Shown: in pieces, positions 52,238-62,681 of the stretch
How the letters are laid out: each line of letters begins with the position of its first letter
How positions within the stretch are numbered: position 1 is the first letter of the stretch
NCBI GenBank assembly: GCA_963711465.1
Contig: CAVQEG010000001.1
Location: 367,724-431,723 of the forward strand
Source: Chlorobiota bacterium
GTDB taxonomy: Bacteria > Bacteroidota > Ignavibacteria > OLB7
Direction of reading: 5' to 3'
Length of the DNA: 64,000 bases
Made by a program: the position numbers and the translations under genes
The notes under the pieces: generated by a model
Databases searched by the model: none
The model's input: the letters and a program-made list of their open reading frames with translations, nothing else
What the model was told of the DNA's origin: nothing

Positions 52238-53170
52238 TCAGGAAACGGCGACTTCTTCAGAGGTGTGGCGCTCTGTGACCACCGGGGTCGGCGCTGAGGT
52301 CTCGCGCGCGGTCGACATCCGGCGGAGCCGCATCGACTTCGTGCGGAAGCGCGGAACGAACGGCGACAGGATGTAGCTGCGGATGTTGTACCACCAGAAG
52401 CTTCGCTCCAGTAGAACCGGGTCGATGTGGTGCTCGATCTTCGCGTGTGCCTCCGGCGTCAGACTCCAGTGCAGTCCCGCACGATGATGGTGAATCGTGT
52501 GATACCCGTTGTTGAAGAGCATCTTGTTCAGGAACCCAACGAAGTTCCGCGAGTGATTCCACTCCGACTCCTCGTCGGCATGCACGTGCTGGATGTAGTT
52601 GAAAATCAGCACGCTGAAGAGCGCGAACTGCTGCGGTATCACGATGTAGAGCAGAGCCTTCTTCCAGTCCACCAGCAGTCCGATTCCAATGAATGCCACC
52701 AGAACGACGTACTGCAGAATGCAGTGGATGAACCGGCCGCGGTCGTTACGCCACAGGTCCCGGAGATAGCCCATAATCGCGCGCTGTTGAAAGTACCCGC
52801 TGATCGTCGGGTAGGTCAGCAACGTGACCATGTTGTTGGCCTCACTGTAGCGGTAGGTAATCGTGTGGTCTCCCTCGCGGTTGTTCAACACATGGTGATT
52901 CTTGTTGTGCGTCGGAACCCATGCGAACGCCGGGAAGCCGTAGAACATGGTGATCCAGTAGTCGGTCAGATCGTTGAGCACTGCGCTCCGCCAGATCGGA
53001 AGGTGGTTGTGATTGTGAGCAATCACCGCCACCGAGACTGCCATGAACAGTGCGATCGGATAAAGGATCGGGTTGACATCGCCGATTACCCACTGCAGCG
53101 GAAGCAGGGCAGTCGTGATGGCCATGTAGACGAGCGTGCGGCGATCAGCAGAATAGCGCAGTATGGACAT
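52238..53170 (-). CDS. Membrane fatty-acid desaturase family protein
   Basis: It has three histidine boxes (HNHNH, HNKNHH, HTIHHH) spaced as in the FA_desaturase family, plus several TM helices. Confidence 0.8.
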   Translation of the reverse strand: MSILRYSADRRTLVYMAITTALLPLQWVIGDVNPILYPIALFMAVSVAVIAHNHNHLPIWRSAVLNDLTDYWITMFYGFPAFAWVPTHNKNHHVLNNREGDHTITYRYSEANNMVTLLTYPTISGYFQQRAIMGYLRDLWRNDRGRFIHCILQYVVLVAFIGIGLLVDWKKALLYIVIPQQFALFSVLIFNYIQHVHADEESEWNHSRNFVGFLNKMLFNNGYHTIHHHRAGLHWSLTPEAHAKIEHHIDPVLLERSFWWYNIRSYILSPFVPRFRTKSMRLRRMSTARETSAPTPVVTERHTSEEVAVS

Positions 53171-53331
53171 ACGGGTCGGAACGAGTGGGACGTGAGCAGG
53201 TCTGAAAAGGTGCCCGGACTGAATCGGTCCGGCAGAGAATGAACCCGCAAAGATAGGGACCCACGAGGTTTCTCAGCAGTCACTGGCGGAGTATCTCGAT
53301 TTCTGCCTCTCCTGCGGATTCTCCACCTCGC

Positions 53332-56300
53332 CTACTGCACCACCACGAGCGGAGTGGCGTCCGAACCATAGGGTGAATCGACGATCAGCGTATAGGTGCC
53401 GGACGGAACACCATCGAGGTCGAGATCGATCTCGTGTCTGCCGGCGGTGAGCAGTCGATCCGCGATGAGCGTCCGAGTGACTCCCGCCACGTCGAGGATC
53501 GACACACGCACGTGCAGCCAGTCGGCGAGAAACAGCCGCAACGTGGTCCGATTCGACGAAGGATTCGGAATGACCTTCTCGATATGCGGTCTCGAAGCCA
53601 GCCACAACCCGCGCTCAAAGCAGTTGCCGATGATCGTGAACGAGCCGTTGTTCGTGTCGACGTCGAACAGATCGCTCCTCATCGCAAATCCGCTGAACAG
53701 CAGCGGGGTCTCGAACCGGGGTCCACTGACCGATCGACACTCGAGCGCCGCCAGTTCGCCAGGATGCGATCCGTCATAGGTGCCCTCGATCCGAATCCGT
53801 CGCATCGCCGAGGTCGAATCGACGACGTCACCGATTATCGTCGCACCCTCGACCGAGCGGACATCCAGCACCGAAGCGTCGACGAGCATTTCGACCGTCC
53901 ACGGCTGCGGCAGCAGCCCGGCCATCGCAACCGTATCGTCGCTCGCGATGGTGATGGGAATTCGGACATTCGTATTCGCAACCGCAGAGTCGTCGGGAAA
54001 CGTTGCGACGACGCCGATCCGTTCATCGCGAACTCCATGAAGTCCCAACGGTCGAGAGATTCCGCACGTGGTGTCGGTAAGTGTCAGGGTCTGCCGTGAT
54101 TCACCGACCGGTGTCGCTGTGAACGTCATCGTCAGGACCAGCGAGGATCCGACGGATACATCCACCTGCCCGGAGGGCTGAATCGCGAACGGGACGGACG
54201 CGGGCGGAATGTTCAACGTCACGTTGGACGTACCCGTGTTGGTCACCGTCACGGTTCGTGTTGCGGTGACGCCGGCGTCGACGTATCCGAATTCCACCAC
54301 GTCGTCCGAAAGCTCGTAGTCGGTGTGCAATCGCACTCCGGAGAGCGCGATCGTGCTCGTGCCGCCGGAAGCATTGGTCGTGAGTTCGAGCGAGGCGGTC
54401 GACGCTCCGTCCGCGGATGGCGCATACCGCGCGGGAAACGTCGCCGTCTGTCCCGGCACGATCGTCGTCGGAGTCGGAATTGCAACGGAGAAGGACCCGT
54501 CGGCGTCTCCCATGACCGCTGCGTCCATGATGATCAGATCGCTGCCGCCCGTATTCGTGATCGACACCACCGTGTCTCGTTCCGATTCGCTGCAGCGGAT
54601 CGGTTCGAACGTCAGATCGTCGATCGTGATCTCAGGCGTCCGATCGACTTCGCGAAGAGGAACGTCGATGGTCGCCTCGGAGCAGTGCGGCGTGAACGCG
54701 AGGCGAAGAACGCCATCGTAGAATCCGCCGGAGGGAGGTCCCGATATGCGGATCGCAAGATGGATCTCCTGATCGGGAGCAATGTTCAGAGGCAATTGGC
54801 CGGACAGCACGCTCACGCGGCCATCGACCGGTGTGAATCCCGCGCTGATGATTGCAAGCGGCAGCGTGCCGGTGTTCTTCACGACCGCGAACGTATCTCG
54901 CGGATAGACGACGTCGGGCCGATCGGGCAGCAGCAGCAGTCGATCGGCCTCGAGTCCGATCGAGTCCCGATAGCCGAAGACGGTCCATCGGGCGATGCCC
55001 CTGGACGTCGCCAGGTCGATCACGGCCCGCTTCGAGCCACGCGCCGCTGGTGCCAGTCGAATTCCGATTCGCCCGGTATCGAGACCCCCGGGCTGAATCG
55101 TAAGCGGTGCCGCGTTCGACGGCACGGGCGTAAGGAGTTCGAACCCCTCGCCGTTCGATACGATGGTGGCGCCAGTGACTTCGAGCGGCACCGAATCGTG
55201 GTTCACGAGGGTAAGGACCGAATCGATCACGTCCTGGCAGAGCATCGTGTCGAGTCGCAGCGTGTCCAGCACCACCAGCGGCTGGTCGAGACCGACGCCG
55301 TAGAGCTGCGTGGGCGTCGCGGCGCATTCGGATGCGATGCCGAAGTCGAGACGTGCCGAAATGCGGCCGACGTCAGCAGGCGCGAACCGGAGCGTCACAT
55401 CGAGACATCCGCCCGGCGCGAGGATGAACGGACCGCCACCAGCGACGATCGAAAACGCACCGCCGCCACCCTGTATCGACGCGGTTCCACGCAGTTCGCC
55501 GCTGCCGTGATTGCAGAGCGACGCAACAACGACGCTGTCACGCGAGGCAGAGACAGCCGTCGGCTCGAATGCAATCGTGCTCAGCGTTTCGACACCGCAG
55601 GGATCGATTCCGATGCCGCTCAACTGCGTGGTGTCACGCGATCCGCACGCGTCCTGGACGACGAGGCGCGCCGATCGCATACCTGTCGCAGCGGGCGCAA
55701 ATCGGATTTCGACGACATGGCACTGGGTGGGATCGATGGACGTGGAGGGAATGCCGGAGACGGGGGTGAATTCAGATGCGTCCGGGCCGATCGTCCACGC
55801 TGTGTCGATCCAGCCGGACGCCGCTCCGTCGTTGCAGGCAAACGCTGTCACCGCCGAGTCGCGTGCTGCGCCCACGGCGATCACGCCCATGTCGACGCGG
55901 TCGACGGTCCGAAGTCGTGCGCTGTGAACGGCGAACGGTCCGCCGACGTCGACAGCGGCGGCAGGGAGGAGGATTTCACGAATTCGATCGCCAGCGGCAT
56001 CGGGAACGTAGATGCGATCGGAATCGGACTCCAGAAGCCACGGTCGCTGCAGCTGCGCAAGCCGCGCCGGACCGCCATCGCCGGCGCTGACCGACTGCCC
56101 GGTACCCGCAAGCGTCGTGATCACGCCGCTGCGGCGGTCGATCTGCCGGATGCGGTGATTGCCGACGTCAGAAACAAACACATCGTCGCCGACCACCGCG
56201 ACTCCGACCGGATCGTCAAAGGTCGCATTCAACGCGCTGCCGCCGTCGCCGCTGAACCCGGAAGCGCCCGTGCCTGCGATGGTGCGGATCAGTCCACTCT

Positions 56301-58446
56301 GCATGTCGATCCGACGAACGAGATTCGCGCCGTCGGTCGTTCCGAGCCGTACGTTGCGTTCGACCACATACATCGTGTCGTTGTCAATCGCGATCCCACC
56401 GGGAACGCGGAGTTCGGCGTCACGTGCGAGTACGTCATCGGCTGCACTCGCTCCGCGACCGGCGAACGTAGAAATCACAGGAGGATTCACGCCGAGATCG
56501 ATGCGACGAATCGCGTTGTTGCCCTGGTCGCTGACATACAGGTACCGTCCGCTTGCTGCCAGCGCAACCGGATACTGCAACCACGCCTGCCGGGCATCAC
56601 CGCCATCGCCACGGAACCCCGACTGACCCGTGCCCGCCAGTATCGTGAACGCACCGGTCGATCGATTCCAAATGAACACCTGGTGCGCGTCGCGGTCGGC
56701 GATGAAGAGCGTGTCGTTGCGCATCAGCACGTCCGTCGGCGCCGTCATTCCGCTGACTGGCAGCTCCGTGGTTCGCTCTAGTAGTCGGTCGATCACGCGG
56801 ATGCGATCGATGCCCTGCTCGGCCGCGTACAGGATCGTTCCCGACGGAGCGACCGCCGTCGGCGTGATGAACAGCGACTGTGCAAGCGGCGCCCCTTCGT
56901 CGTCGCGTAGGCCTCCGCCGGCGACCAGGCGGATGAACGGTTCGCCGAGCAGTCCCGTGGAGACGCGCACGAGCAGTGAGTCGAAGTCGCTCGGCGGTGA
57001 CCATGGCATCGACAGCCCGGTCACCTGGACTCCGATCGTGTCCCAGCTTCCGCCACCGTCACTGCTGACGTCGACCGTGACGGGAACGTCGGGTGCCACG
57101 CCACGCCAGGTGATCACCACGGGCTGGCATCCGCTGAACACGTCGCCGGAGTCGGGGGACGTCACTTCGAGTTGTGCATGGACACCGGGAGGGGTCGTCC
57201 CTCCGACGAGCTCGACGTTCTGAGCGTCGCAGGGATCGCCTGCCAGCGCCAGCCGTGCACCATGGACGAGGGAATCACCTGGGGCGAATTCGATCGTAAT
57301 CGTCCGACTCTCGTCCTGGGAGAGCGAGATCGGTGGCGGTGATCCGCCCCAGTCCACGACCGAGAACGGAGTTCCGGCCGTGATGTCCGATCCGGTGATC
57401 GTGAATGGTCCGTTGCGGGCGGTGAGCGTTACGGTGCGTTGAGCGGTGGCGGGGGGGACGACGGGGCCGAACCAGACGGGAGAGGGCGACGCCTCCAGGG
57501 CGACGATGGCCGTTGGAGGTGCCTGGTAGCTGGCAAGTCCGACGGCATCCAGCGGCACGACGCGCAATCGCACGTTACGCTCCACCTGGTCGAGCGTGCA
57601 TCCGTATGGCGCGACCCAGGAGATCTGACAGGGCGTGGCACCGCCGGCGCGCGCGGCGATGTCACGGTAGACCGCCTGCATCACCGATGCATCGTGTACG
57701 CGCTCGTACCAGTCGCCGCCCGTCGCATCCGCGATATCGCGAAGATCCTTGTTGACCGGCGTGCCGATCGTTACCACGTACACATGCACCGACGCGGCCG
57801 ATGCCGCCGCAACGATCGCGTCGACGTCGGTCGCCGCGCCGGATTTGCCGTCGGTGAGGAACACGACAACGCGACGCGACGACGCCCGTTGTCCGGCAAG
57901 CATCGCAATCGCGCCCGTCAGGGAATTGAGCAGTGGCGGATTGTAGTCGGTGCCGCCCGCGAGTGTGATTCCGTCGACGGCCTGACGCAGCGCAACGGCA
58001 TCGCTCGTAAAGTCGCGTTCGATCGACGACGACTCATTGAACGAGGTTACCGCGACGCGCGATCCTCCGCTGAAATCGACCGCGTCGATGAAGGCCTCGA
58101 CGCCGTCACGCACGATGTCGAAGCGCGTCTGGTCGACCGTGACGGCCGACTTCATCGAACCGCTCCGGTCCACCACGAGCACCGCATTGAACGGCGTCGG
58201 CGCCGATGGTGGAGAACAGCTGAGCGTGATCGCGTCGATCGGAGTACCGTTCTCACTGAGCTCCAGGTCGCTCGTCGAAAGTCCGCTCACAGGGGAACCG
58301 TCAGCATCGAGCACGCTGAGCCGTGCGGCGATCCTGGGGAAACCGCTCGCATCGAGGTGCGAGAGCGTGACCGTCTGGGCGCGGGCTGTTAGTGCGATGA
58401 GAAGCCCGGCGACGATACCCGATATGTCACGTGCGATTCGTGTCAT
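53332..58446 (-). CDS. Giant surface protein (about 1704 aa): vWA domain, NHL-repeat beta-propeller, many Ig-like/ASH-type repeats and a T9SS C-terminal sorting domain
   Basis: The start is trimmed to MTRIARDISGIVAGLLIALTARAQ. The vWA MIDAS motif is VVDRSGSM...GGTDY...FLTDG. NHL-like repeats are LAGTGQSGFRGDGGDARQAWLQYPVALA..YLYVSDQGNNAIRRID and IAGTGASGFSGDGGSALNATFDDPVGVAV..VFVSDVGNHRIRQID. A long series of beta-sandwich-like repeats of about 100 aa follows. The C-terminus is IPNPSSNRTTLRLFLADWLHVRVSILDVAGV...GTYTLIV. Confidence 0.85.
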   Translation of the reverse strand: MTRIARDISGIVAGLLIALTARAQTVTLSHLDASGFPRIAARLSVLDADGSPVSGLSTSDLELSENGTPIDAITLSCSPPSAPTPFNAVLVVDRSGSMKSAVTVDQTRFDIVRDGVEAFIDAVDFSGGSRVAVTSFNESSSIERDFTSDAVALRQAVDGITLAGGTDYNPPLLNSLTGAIAMLAGQRASSRRVVVFLTDGKSGAATDVDAIVAAASAASVHVYVVTIGTPVNKDLRDIADATGGDWYERVHDASVMQAVYRDIAARAGGATPCQISWVAPYGCTLDQVERNVRLRVVPLDAVGLASYQAPPTAIVALEASPSPVWFGPVVPPATAQRTVTLTARNGPFTITGSDITAGTPFSVVDWGGSPPPISLSQDESRTITIEFAPGDSLVHGARLALAGDPCDAQNVELVGGTTPPGVHAQLEVTSPDSGDVFSGCQPVVITWRGVAPDVPVTVDVSSDGGGSWDTIGVQVTGLSMPWSPPSDFDSLLVRVSTGLLGEPFIRLVAGGGLRDDEGAPLAQSLFITPTAVAPSGTILYAAEQGIDRIRVIDRLLERTTELPVSGMTAPTDVLMRNDTLFIADRDAHQVFIWNRSTGAFTILAGTGQSGFRGDGGDARQAWLQYPVALAASGRYLYVSDQGNNAIRRIDLGVNPPVISTFAGRGASAADDVLARDAELRVPGGIAIDNDTMYVVERNVRLGTTDGANLVRRIDMQSGLIRTIAGTGASGFSGDGGSALNATFDDPVGVAVVGDDVFVSDVGNHRIRQIDRRSGVITTLAGTGQSVSAGDGGPARLAQLQRPWLLESDSDRIYVPDAAGDRIREILLPAAAVDVGGPFAVHSARLRTVDRVDMGVIAVGAARDSAVTAFACNDGAASGWIDTAWTIGPDASEFTPVSGIPSTSIDPTQCHVVEIRFAPAATGMRSARLVVQDACGSRDTTQLSGIGIDPCGVETLSTIAFEPTAVSASRDSVVVASLCNHGSGELRGTASIQGGGGAFSIVAGGGPFILAPGGCLDVTLRFAPADVGRISARLDFGIASECAATPTQLYGVGLDQPLVVLDTLRLDTMLCQDVIDSVLTLVNHDSVPLEVTGATIVSNGEGFELLTPVPSNAAPLTIQPGGLDTGRIGIRLAPAARGSKRAVIDLATSRGIARWTVFGYRDSIGLEADRLLLLPDRPDVVYPRDTFAVVKNTGTLPLAIISAGFTPVDGRVSVLSGQLPLNIAPDQEIHLAIRISGPPSGGFYDGVLRLAFTPHCSEATIDVPLREVDRTPEITIDDLTFEPIRCSESERDTVVSITNTGGSDLIIMDAAVMGDADGSFSVAIPTPTTIVPGQTATFPARYAPSADGASTASLELTTNASGGTSTIALSGVRLHTDYELSDDVVEFGYVDAGVTATRTVTVTNTGTSNVTLNIPPASVPFAIQPSGQVDVSVGSSLVLTMTFTATPVGESRQTLTLTDTTCGISRPLGLHGVRDERIGVVATFPDDSAVANTNVRIPITIASDDTVAMAGLLPQPWTVEMLVDASVLDVRSVEGATIIGDVVDSTSAMRRIRIEGTYDGSHPGELAALECRSVSGPRFETPLLFSGFAMRSDLFDVDTNNGSFTIIGNCFERGLWLASRPHIEKVIPNPSSNRTTLRLFLADWLHVRVSILDVAGVTRTLIADRLLTAGRHEIDLDLDGVPSGTYTLIVDSPYGSDATPLVVVQ

Positions 58447-58512
58447 GAAGAATTGAAAAATAGGACCCGGGGCGACGGGTTGCAGCCCGAATCCCGACAC
58501 TGCTGACGTCGG

Positions 58513-59880
58513 CTACACTTCGACCGCAATCGGTTGCTTGGCGCCGGTGGAGCGGGCGAGCCGCAGGAATCGCAGCGTATGGAGCATCGCGGCGAGGCTC
58601 AGTCCGAGCGTCAGCCCCCACCAGAGGCCGACCCCGCTGAGATCGAATTCGAACGCGAGCACGTATCCGACCGGCAGTCCGACGAGCCAGTAGGAAAACA
58701 GGTTGGTCAGCATCGGACGGGCCGTATCCTTCAGCCCGCGCAGCGCACCCATCGCCGTCACCTGCAGCCCGTCGGACACCTGGAATGCGCCCGCGACCAG
58801 CAGGAGCGACGCTGCGTAGTCGACCACCGCGGGATCGTCGGTGAACAGATGCGGCAGGATGTGCCGTAGCGCAAGGAAGACCAGTGCCGTGGCCGACATC
58901 ACCGCGCCGCCGAGTGCGATCCCCACCTGCCCCGAGCGCCGCGCCGAATCCGGTTCGCGGCGGCCCATCGCCTGTCCCACGCGGGTTGACACCGCGATCG
59001 AAATTCCCAACGGTACCATGAATGTGAACGCAGCGAGGTTGATCGCCACCTGATGTGCCGCGAGCGCCACCGTTCCGATGGTTCCCATCAGCAGTGACAC
59101 CATTGCGAACACGCCGTTCTCCATACTGTGCCCGGCACCGATCGGTACGCCCAGGCGGAGGATATGGCCGATTCTTCGAGGTGTGAACGTCCGCGCGTGC
59201 TCGATGAACAGGTACTGCCGGAACTCCCATGTCGTCACGATGTAGTAGAGCATCATCGCCAGCATTGCCCACCGCACGATCGCCGTCGCGTAGCCCGCGC
59301 CTGCCGCCCCGAGCCGTGGTGCGCCAAGGTGGCCGTAGATCAGGATCCAGTTCGCCGCCACATTGATGAACACGGCAATGAACGAAATGGTCATCGCCAC
59401 TCGCGTTCGGCCGATACCGTCGGTGAATGCTCGCAGTGCGCTGAAGACCATGTTCGCCAGGAATCCGAAGCTCATCGCGCGTACGTATTCGACTGCAAGC
59501 TCCCGCGTGAGCGTAGACGGGGCGAACGCTCCGATGAGCGGGCCGATGTTCCAGTAGAGAACCATGGCGACGACGGTGAGGCCGGCGGCGATCCACGCGC
59601 CGGCACCGACGCTTGCGCCGACCTCCTCGGTGTCGCCTGCCCCGTGCGCGTGCGCGACGAGCGGTCCCACGGCCGCGACGATGCCGAAGGAGAAGACCAT
59701 GAAGACGAAGTAGAACGCGCTGCCGATTCCCACCGCTCCCAGCTGCTCGGGACCGAGCCGACCGACCATGACGGTGTCGATGAATCCCATGCTCATCTGG
59801 CTGAGCTGCGCGAGCACGACCGGTCCCGCCAGGGATACCATTGCGCGCATCTCGGTCCGTATCGGAGAGTCTGTTCGCAT
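58513..59880 (-). CDS. MATE-family multidrug/toxin efflux transporter
   Basis: The start is trimmed to MRTDSPIRTEMRAMVSLAGPVVLAQLSQMSMGFIDTVMVGRLG, a typical MATE N-terminus. It has about 12 TM helices. Confidence 0.85.
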   Translation of the reverse strand: MRTDSPIRTEMRAMVSLAGPVVLAQLSQMSMGFIDTVMVGRLGPEQLGAVGIGSAFYFVFMVFSFGIVAAVGPLVAHAHGAGDTEEVGASVGAGAWIAAGLTVVAMVLYWNIGPLIGAFAPSTLTRELAVEYVRAMSFGFLANMVFSALRAFTDGIGRTRVAMTISFIAVFINVAANWILIYGHLGAPRLGAAGAGYATAIVRWAMLAMMLYYIVTTWEFRQYLFIEHARTFTPRRIGHILRLGVPIGAGHSMENGVFAMVSLLMGTIGTVALAAHQVAINLAAFTFMVPLGISIAVSTRVGQAMGRREPDSARRSGQVGIALGGAVMSATALVFLALRHILPHLFTDDPAVVDYAASLLLVAGAFQVSDGLQVTAMGALRGLKDTARPMLTNLFSYWLVGLPVGYVLAFEFDLSGVGLWWGLTLGLSLAAMLHTLRFLRLARSTGAKQPIAVEV

Positions 59881-60010
59881 CGACTGATTCGTTGACGGGG
59901 GGGTGGTCGACAGCCAGGGGCTGGGGAAAATCCGTCGGGGAAACGAAAACGCGGATGGCGCACCGTGGCGCCATCCGCGTACGATTCGTCGCGGCGCGTT
60001 GTGCGAATTG

Positions 60011-62488
60011 CTACGGCATCTCCTGCATGTCCTCGCCACCGCTGTCGTCGCCGTTGGAGCGCTGTCGGCGTTCGTGCCTGTCCTGGCGGCCGAAGTTGTA
60101 GCTGACGGTCAGCATTGCCTGCCGCGATCCCCAGCGGTGAGAGAATGCGGTGTGATACTGCTCTGTCGTCCGTTCGGCACTGAATCCCGTCTGGTCGAAC
60201 AGGTCATGCACGCGCAGGCCGATGCTTACACGGTCGTCGAAGAGCTTCTGCGTGATCGCGAGATCGGCCGAGGAGAAGCTCGAGACCTCGCCGCCCGCGA
60301 TCGCCCGCGGTGCCCGGTAGAAGTACGACAGCTGCACCGCCGTACCGAAGGGCATCGTCACGGTTGCGTTGCCGCGCGCCGACCAGCTCACGTCCGAGCT
60401 GCTGAAGTCCTCCGAGAGGTTGCTGGCGTCGGCGACGAACTTATAGGCGTTGAAATTCGCGTAGGCATTCAGCCATGAACCGAGCCGCACCGACGCGATT
60501 GCCTCGAAGCCGTAGGATTCGTTGCTGGCGAAATTATCCCACGTCATCACCGTGACGCCTCCGGTATCGAGCCGCTCGACGCGTTCGAACGAATTGGTCG
60601 TGTTCCGGTAGTACGGAGAGACCGTGAAGGTGGTCGCCCGGGTGAAATTCGTGTAGCCGATCTCGATCGCGTCGGTGTACTCGGGGTCGAGGTATGGATT
60701 GCCGACGCGGACGAACAGGGGGTCATCGTAGTCGCCGAAGGGATTGAGCATCCAGCGACGCGGACGATTGACGCGGCGACTGTAGCTGGCCTTCAACTGC
60801 TGACCCTCGGTCGGTTTCCAGGCGACGTTGGCACTGGGGAAGATGCTCGTGTAATTGTGATCGAAGGACTCTCCGGTCGTCGTCAGATCGAACTTCGTGA
60901 CGGCCAGTTCTCCACGGAGGCCCGCCTGGAGACTGAGCGTGCCGAAGGTGTGATCCAGCAGCGCGTAGACGGCGTGGATCTGCTCATCGTAGACGAAGTC
61001 GTTGTTGAGGTTCACGTCCGGTCTGAATTCACCCACGCCATAATCATACGAGCTCGAGTAGAACGTGCTGGCGTCGCGTTCGATGCTGCCCTTGTACCCG
61101 GTCTCGAGCTTGCCGAGCACGCCGACCGGATGCACGATGTCCACCTGCAGAGCGCCGTCCTGGTTGCGCTCGGTCTGCGTCACCAGCTGCTTGGCCGGTG
61201 TGGTCGAGACGACAGCGCCATCGATCGGATACTCCATCTCGTGGTAGGCCTGGTCTTCGTCCTGCTTCTCCCAGGAATAGCGCAGCTCCGCGTGGATTTC
61301 ATTCTCCGACGGGGACACCACGTGCGCGAATCCAAGGCGAATGTCGGCGTCGAGGTTGCTTCGATCCTCGTCGGAACTCCGGTCGTAGTGCTCATACGGG
61401 GTGAAAGCCGAATCATAGAACATATAGTCGGTCAGCTGACTCGATCCGCCGTCACGAATGCCGAGAATCGTGGAGAGCGACAGACTGTTCTGCTTGTCGA
61501 AATCATAGTCGACGGTCGTGTTGAGCGAATGCGACGTTCGGCTGCGATCCCCATGACTGGTGTCGGCGACCGTCGTCATCGGATCGAGATAGAAGTTCTC
61601 CTGTCGATGCGAACCCTCGGAATTGCGGTCGCCGGAGCGGAAGCCGTAGGATGTGAAGAGATTCCACGGACCGGTGCCGTAGGTGAGACTGCCACCGAGA
61701 CTGTATGTATTGAGTGTACCGATCCCGCCTTCGATCGAGCCGCTCAGTCCGGCGTCGGTGTTGTCGGCGAGCACGATGTTGAGAATTCCACTCATACCCT
61801 CCGGGTCGTATTTCGCAGAAGGGTTCGGGACTACTTCGATGCGCTGCAGCGCGCCGGCGGGCAGCGATTCGAGGTAACTGGCCAGGGCATCGCCGGTCAG
61901 CGGGACGGGGCGACCGTTGATCTGCACCACGACGTTCTCGCTTCCACGCAGACTCACGTTGCCGTCGACGTCGACCTCGACCGACGGGATGTTGCGCAGC
62001 ACATCGGTGGCCGAGCCGCCCTTGGTGATCGGCTGGTCGCGAACGTTGTAGATGGTGCGGTCTGCATCGACGCTCATGAACTCGCGTTCGGCACGGACGC
62101 GCACCTCCTCGCCGACGAGCTCGTCGATGTCGAGTCGGACGTCACCGAGGGCGACGCTCATGGAGCGCGGAGTGATGGCGATGTCTCCGACGATGTGCGT
62201 CTTGAAACCGACGTAGGAGACGCGCGCGAGGTAGCGACCGGGGCGCAGTCCCTCGATATGAAACGTGCCGTCATTGGCGGCGATGGCTCCGGTGACGAGA
62301 CTGGAATCGCGGGCCGACATGATCGAGACGGTCGCGGCGCTCAGCGACTTGCCGTCGGCGCCGACGACGCGACCGGAGATCTCGCCGGAGGGTGCGGAAC
62401 CGCGGTTCGGAGGCTGGGCCAGCGCGTGGCTCGCGCCGGCGGAGAGCAGCACCGTCACGACGAGGCAAAGGAGTGAATATCTATTCAT
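60011..62488 (-). CDS. TonB-dependent receptor-like outer-membrane beta-barrel protein with an N-terminal CarboxypepD_reg domain
   Basis: The start is trimmed to MNRYSLLCLVVTVLLSAGASHALAQ. It has ISGRVVGADGKSL..ATVSIM....TGAIAANDGTFHIEGLRPGRYLARVSYVGF. The plug-like region is DVLRNIPSVEVDVDGNVSLRGSENVVVQINGRP. The start is from a residue offset in the track ORF and may be off by 1 nt relative to my reading of the printed sequence. Confidence 0.8.
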   Translation of the reverse strand: MNRYSLLCLVVTVLLSAGASHALAQPPNRGSAPSGEISGRVVGADGKSLSAATVSIMSARDSSLVTGAIAANDGTFHIEGLRPGRYLARVSYVGFKTHIVGDIAITPRSMSVALGDVRLDIDELVGEEVRVRAEREFMSVDADRTIYNVRDQPITKGGSATDVLRNIPSVEVDVDGNVSLRGSENVVVQINGRPVPLTGDALASYLESLPAGALQRIEVVPNPSAKYDPEGMSGILNIVLADNTDAGLSGSIEGGIGTLNTYSLGGSLTYGTGPWNLFTSYGFRSGDRNSEGSHRQENFYLDPMTTVADTSHGDRSRTSHSLNTTVDYDFDKQNSLSLSTILGIRDGGSSQLTDYMFYDSAFTPYEHYDRSSDEDRSNLDADIRLGFAHVVSPSENEIHAELRYSWEKQDEDQAYHEMEYPIDGAVVSTTPAKQLVTQTERNQDGALQVDIVHPVGVLGKLETGYKGSIERDASTFYSSSYDYGVGEFRPDVNLNNDFVYDEQIHAVYALLDHTFGTLSLQAGLRGELAVTKFDLTTTGESFDHNYTSIFPSANVAWKPTEGQQLKASYSRRVNRPRRWMLNPFGDYDDPLFVRVGNPYLDPEYTDAIEIGYTNFTRATTFTVSPYYRNTTNSFERVERLDTGGVTVMTWDNFASNESYGFEAIASVRLGSWLNAYANFNAYKFVADASNLSEDFSSSDVSWSARGNATVTMPFGTAVQLSYFYRAPRAIAGGEVSSFSSADLAITQKLFDDRVSIGLRVHDLFDQTGFSAERTTEQYHTAFSHRWGSRQAMLTVSYNFGRQDRHERRQRSNGDDSGGEDMQEMP

Positions 62489-62681
62489 GGAAGTCCGTCG
62501 GTATCGAACGTTGGTACGTGGCAGGGGGGCGTCCGCGCCGCTTCTGCGGCTGAGCGCGTGGGGTCGGCAGGGGAGTTCGAAAAATACGTGAGTGGGTTGC
62601 ACCGGCGCTTCGGTTCCCCACGTTACGATCGGTTGCAGTGCAGCGGTGGCGGGGAGAGGATCCAGCGACGCCGTCCAGGGG

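Noticed and set aside
51548-53331. An integrated mobile element might sit at tRNA-Lys.
   Set aside because: Within several kb of the tRNA there is no integrase, excisionase or phage gene and no direct repeat of the tRNA 3' end. The flanking genes are a TPR protein and a desaturase.
54325-56781. An 818-aa plus-strand ORF lies antisense to the giant T9SS protein.
   Set aside because: It is an antisense shadow (Arg/Asp/His-rich). The minus-strand frame has vWA, NHL and CTD motifs across the same span.
58427-59974. A 515-aa minus-strand ORF lies in an alternative frame over the MATE gene.
   Set aside because: It is an Arg/Gly/Pro-rich off-frame shadow. The MATE frame has 12 hydrophobic helices and a canonical N-terminus.
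62489-62681. A cobalamin riboswitch might lie upstream of the TonB-dependent receptor.
   Set aside because: The minus-strand leader has GGGGAA...GGUGCAACCC and CCCGCCAC fragments. Their order and spacing do not fit the B12-element consensus (GGGAA-GGUG-AA-UCC then CCCGC.ACUG then the B12 box).
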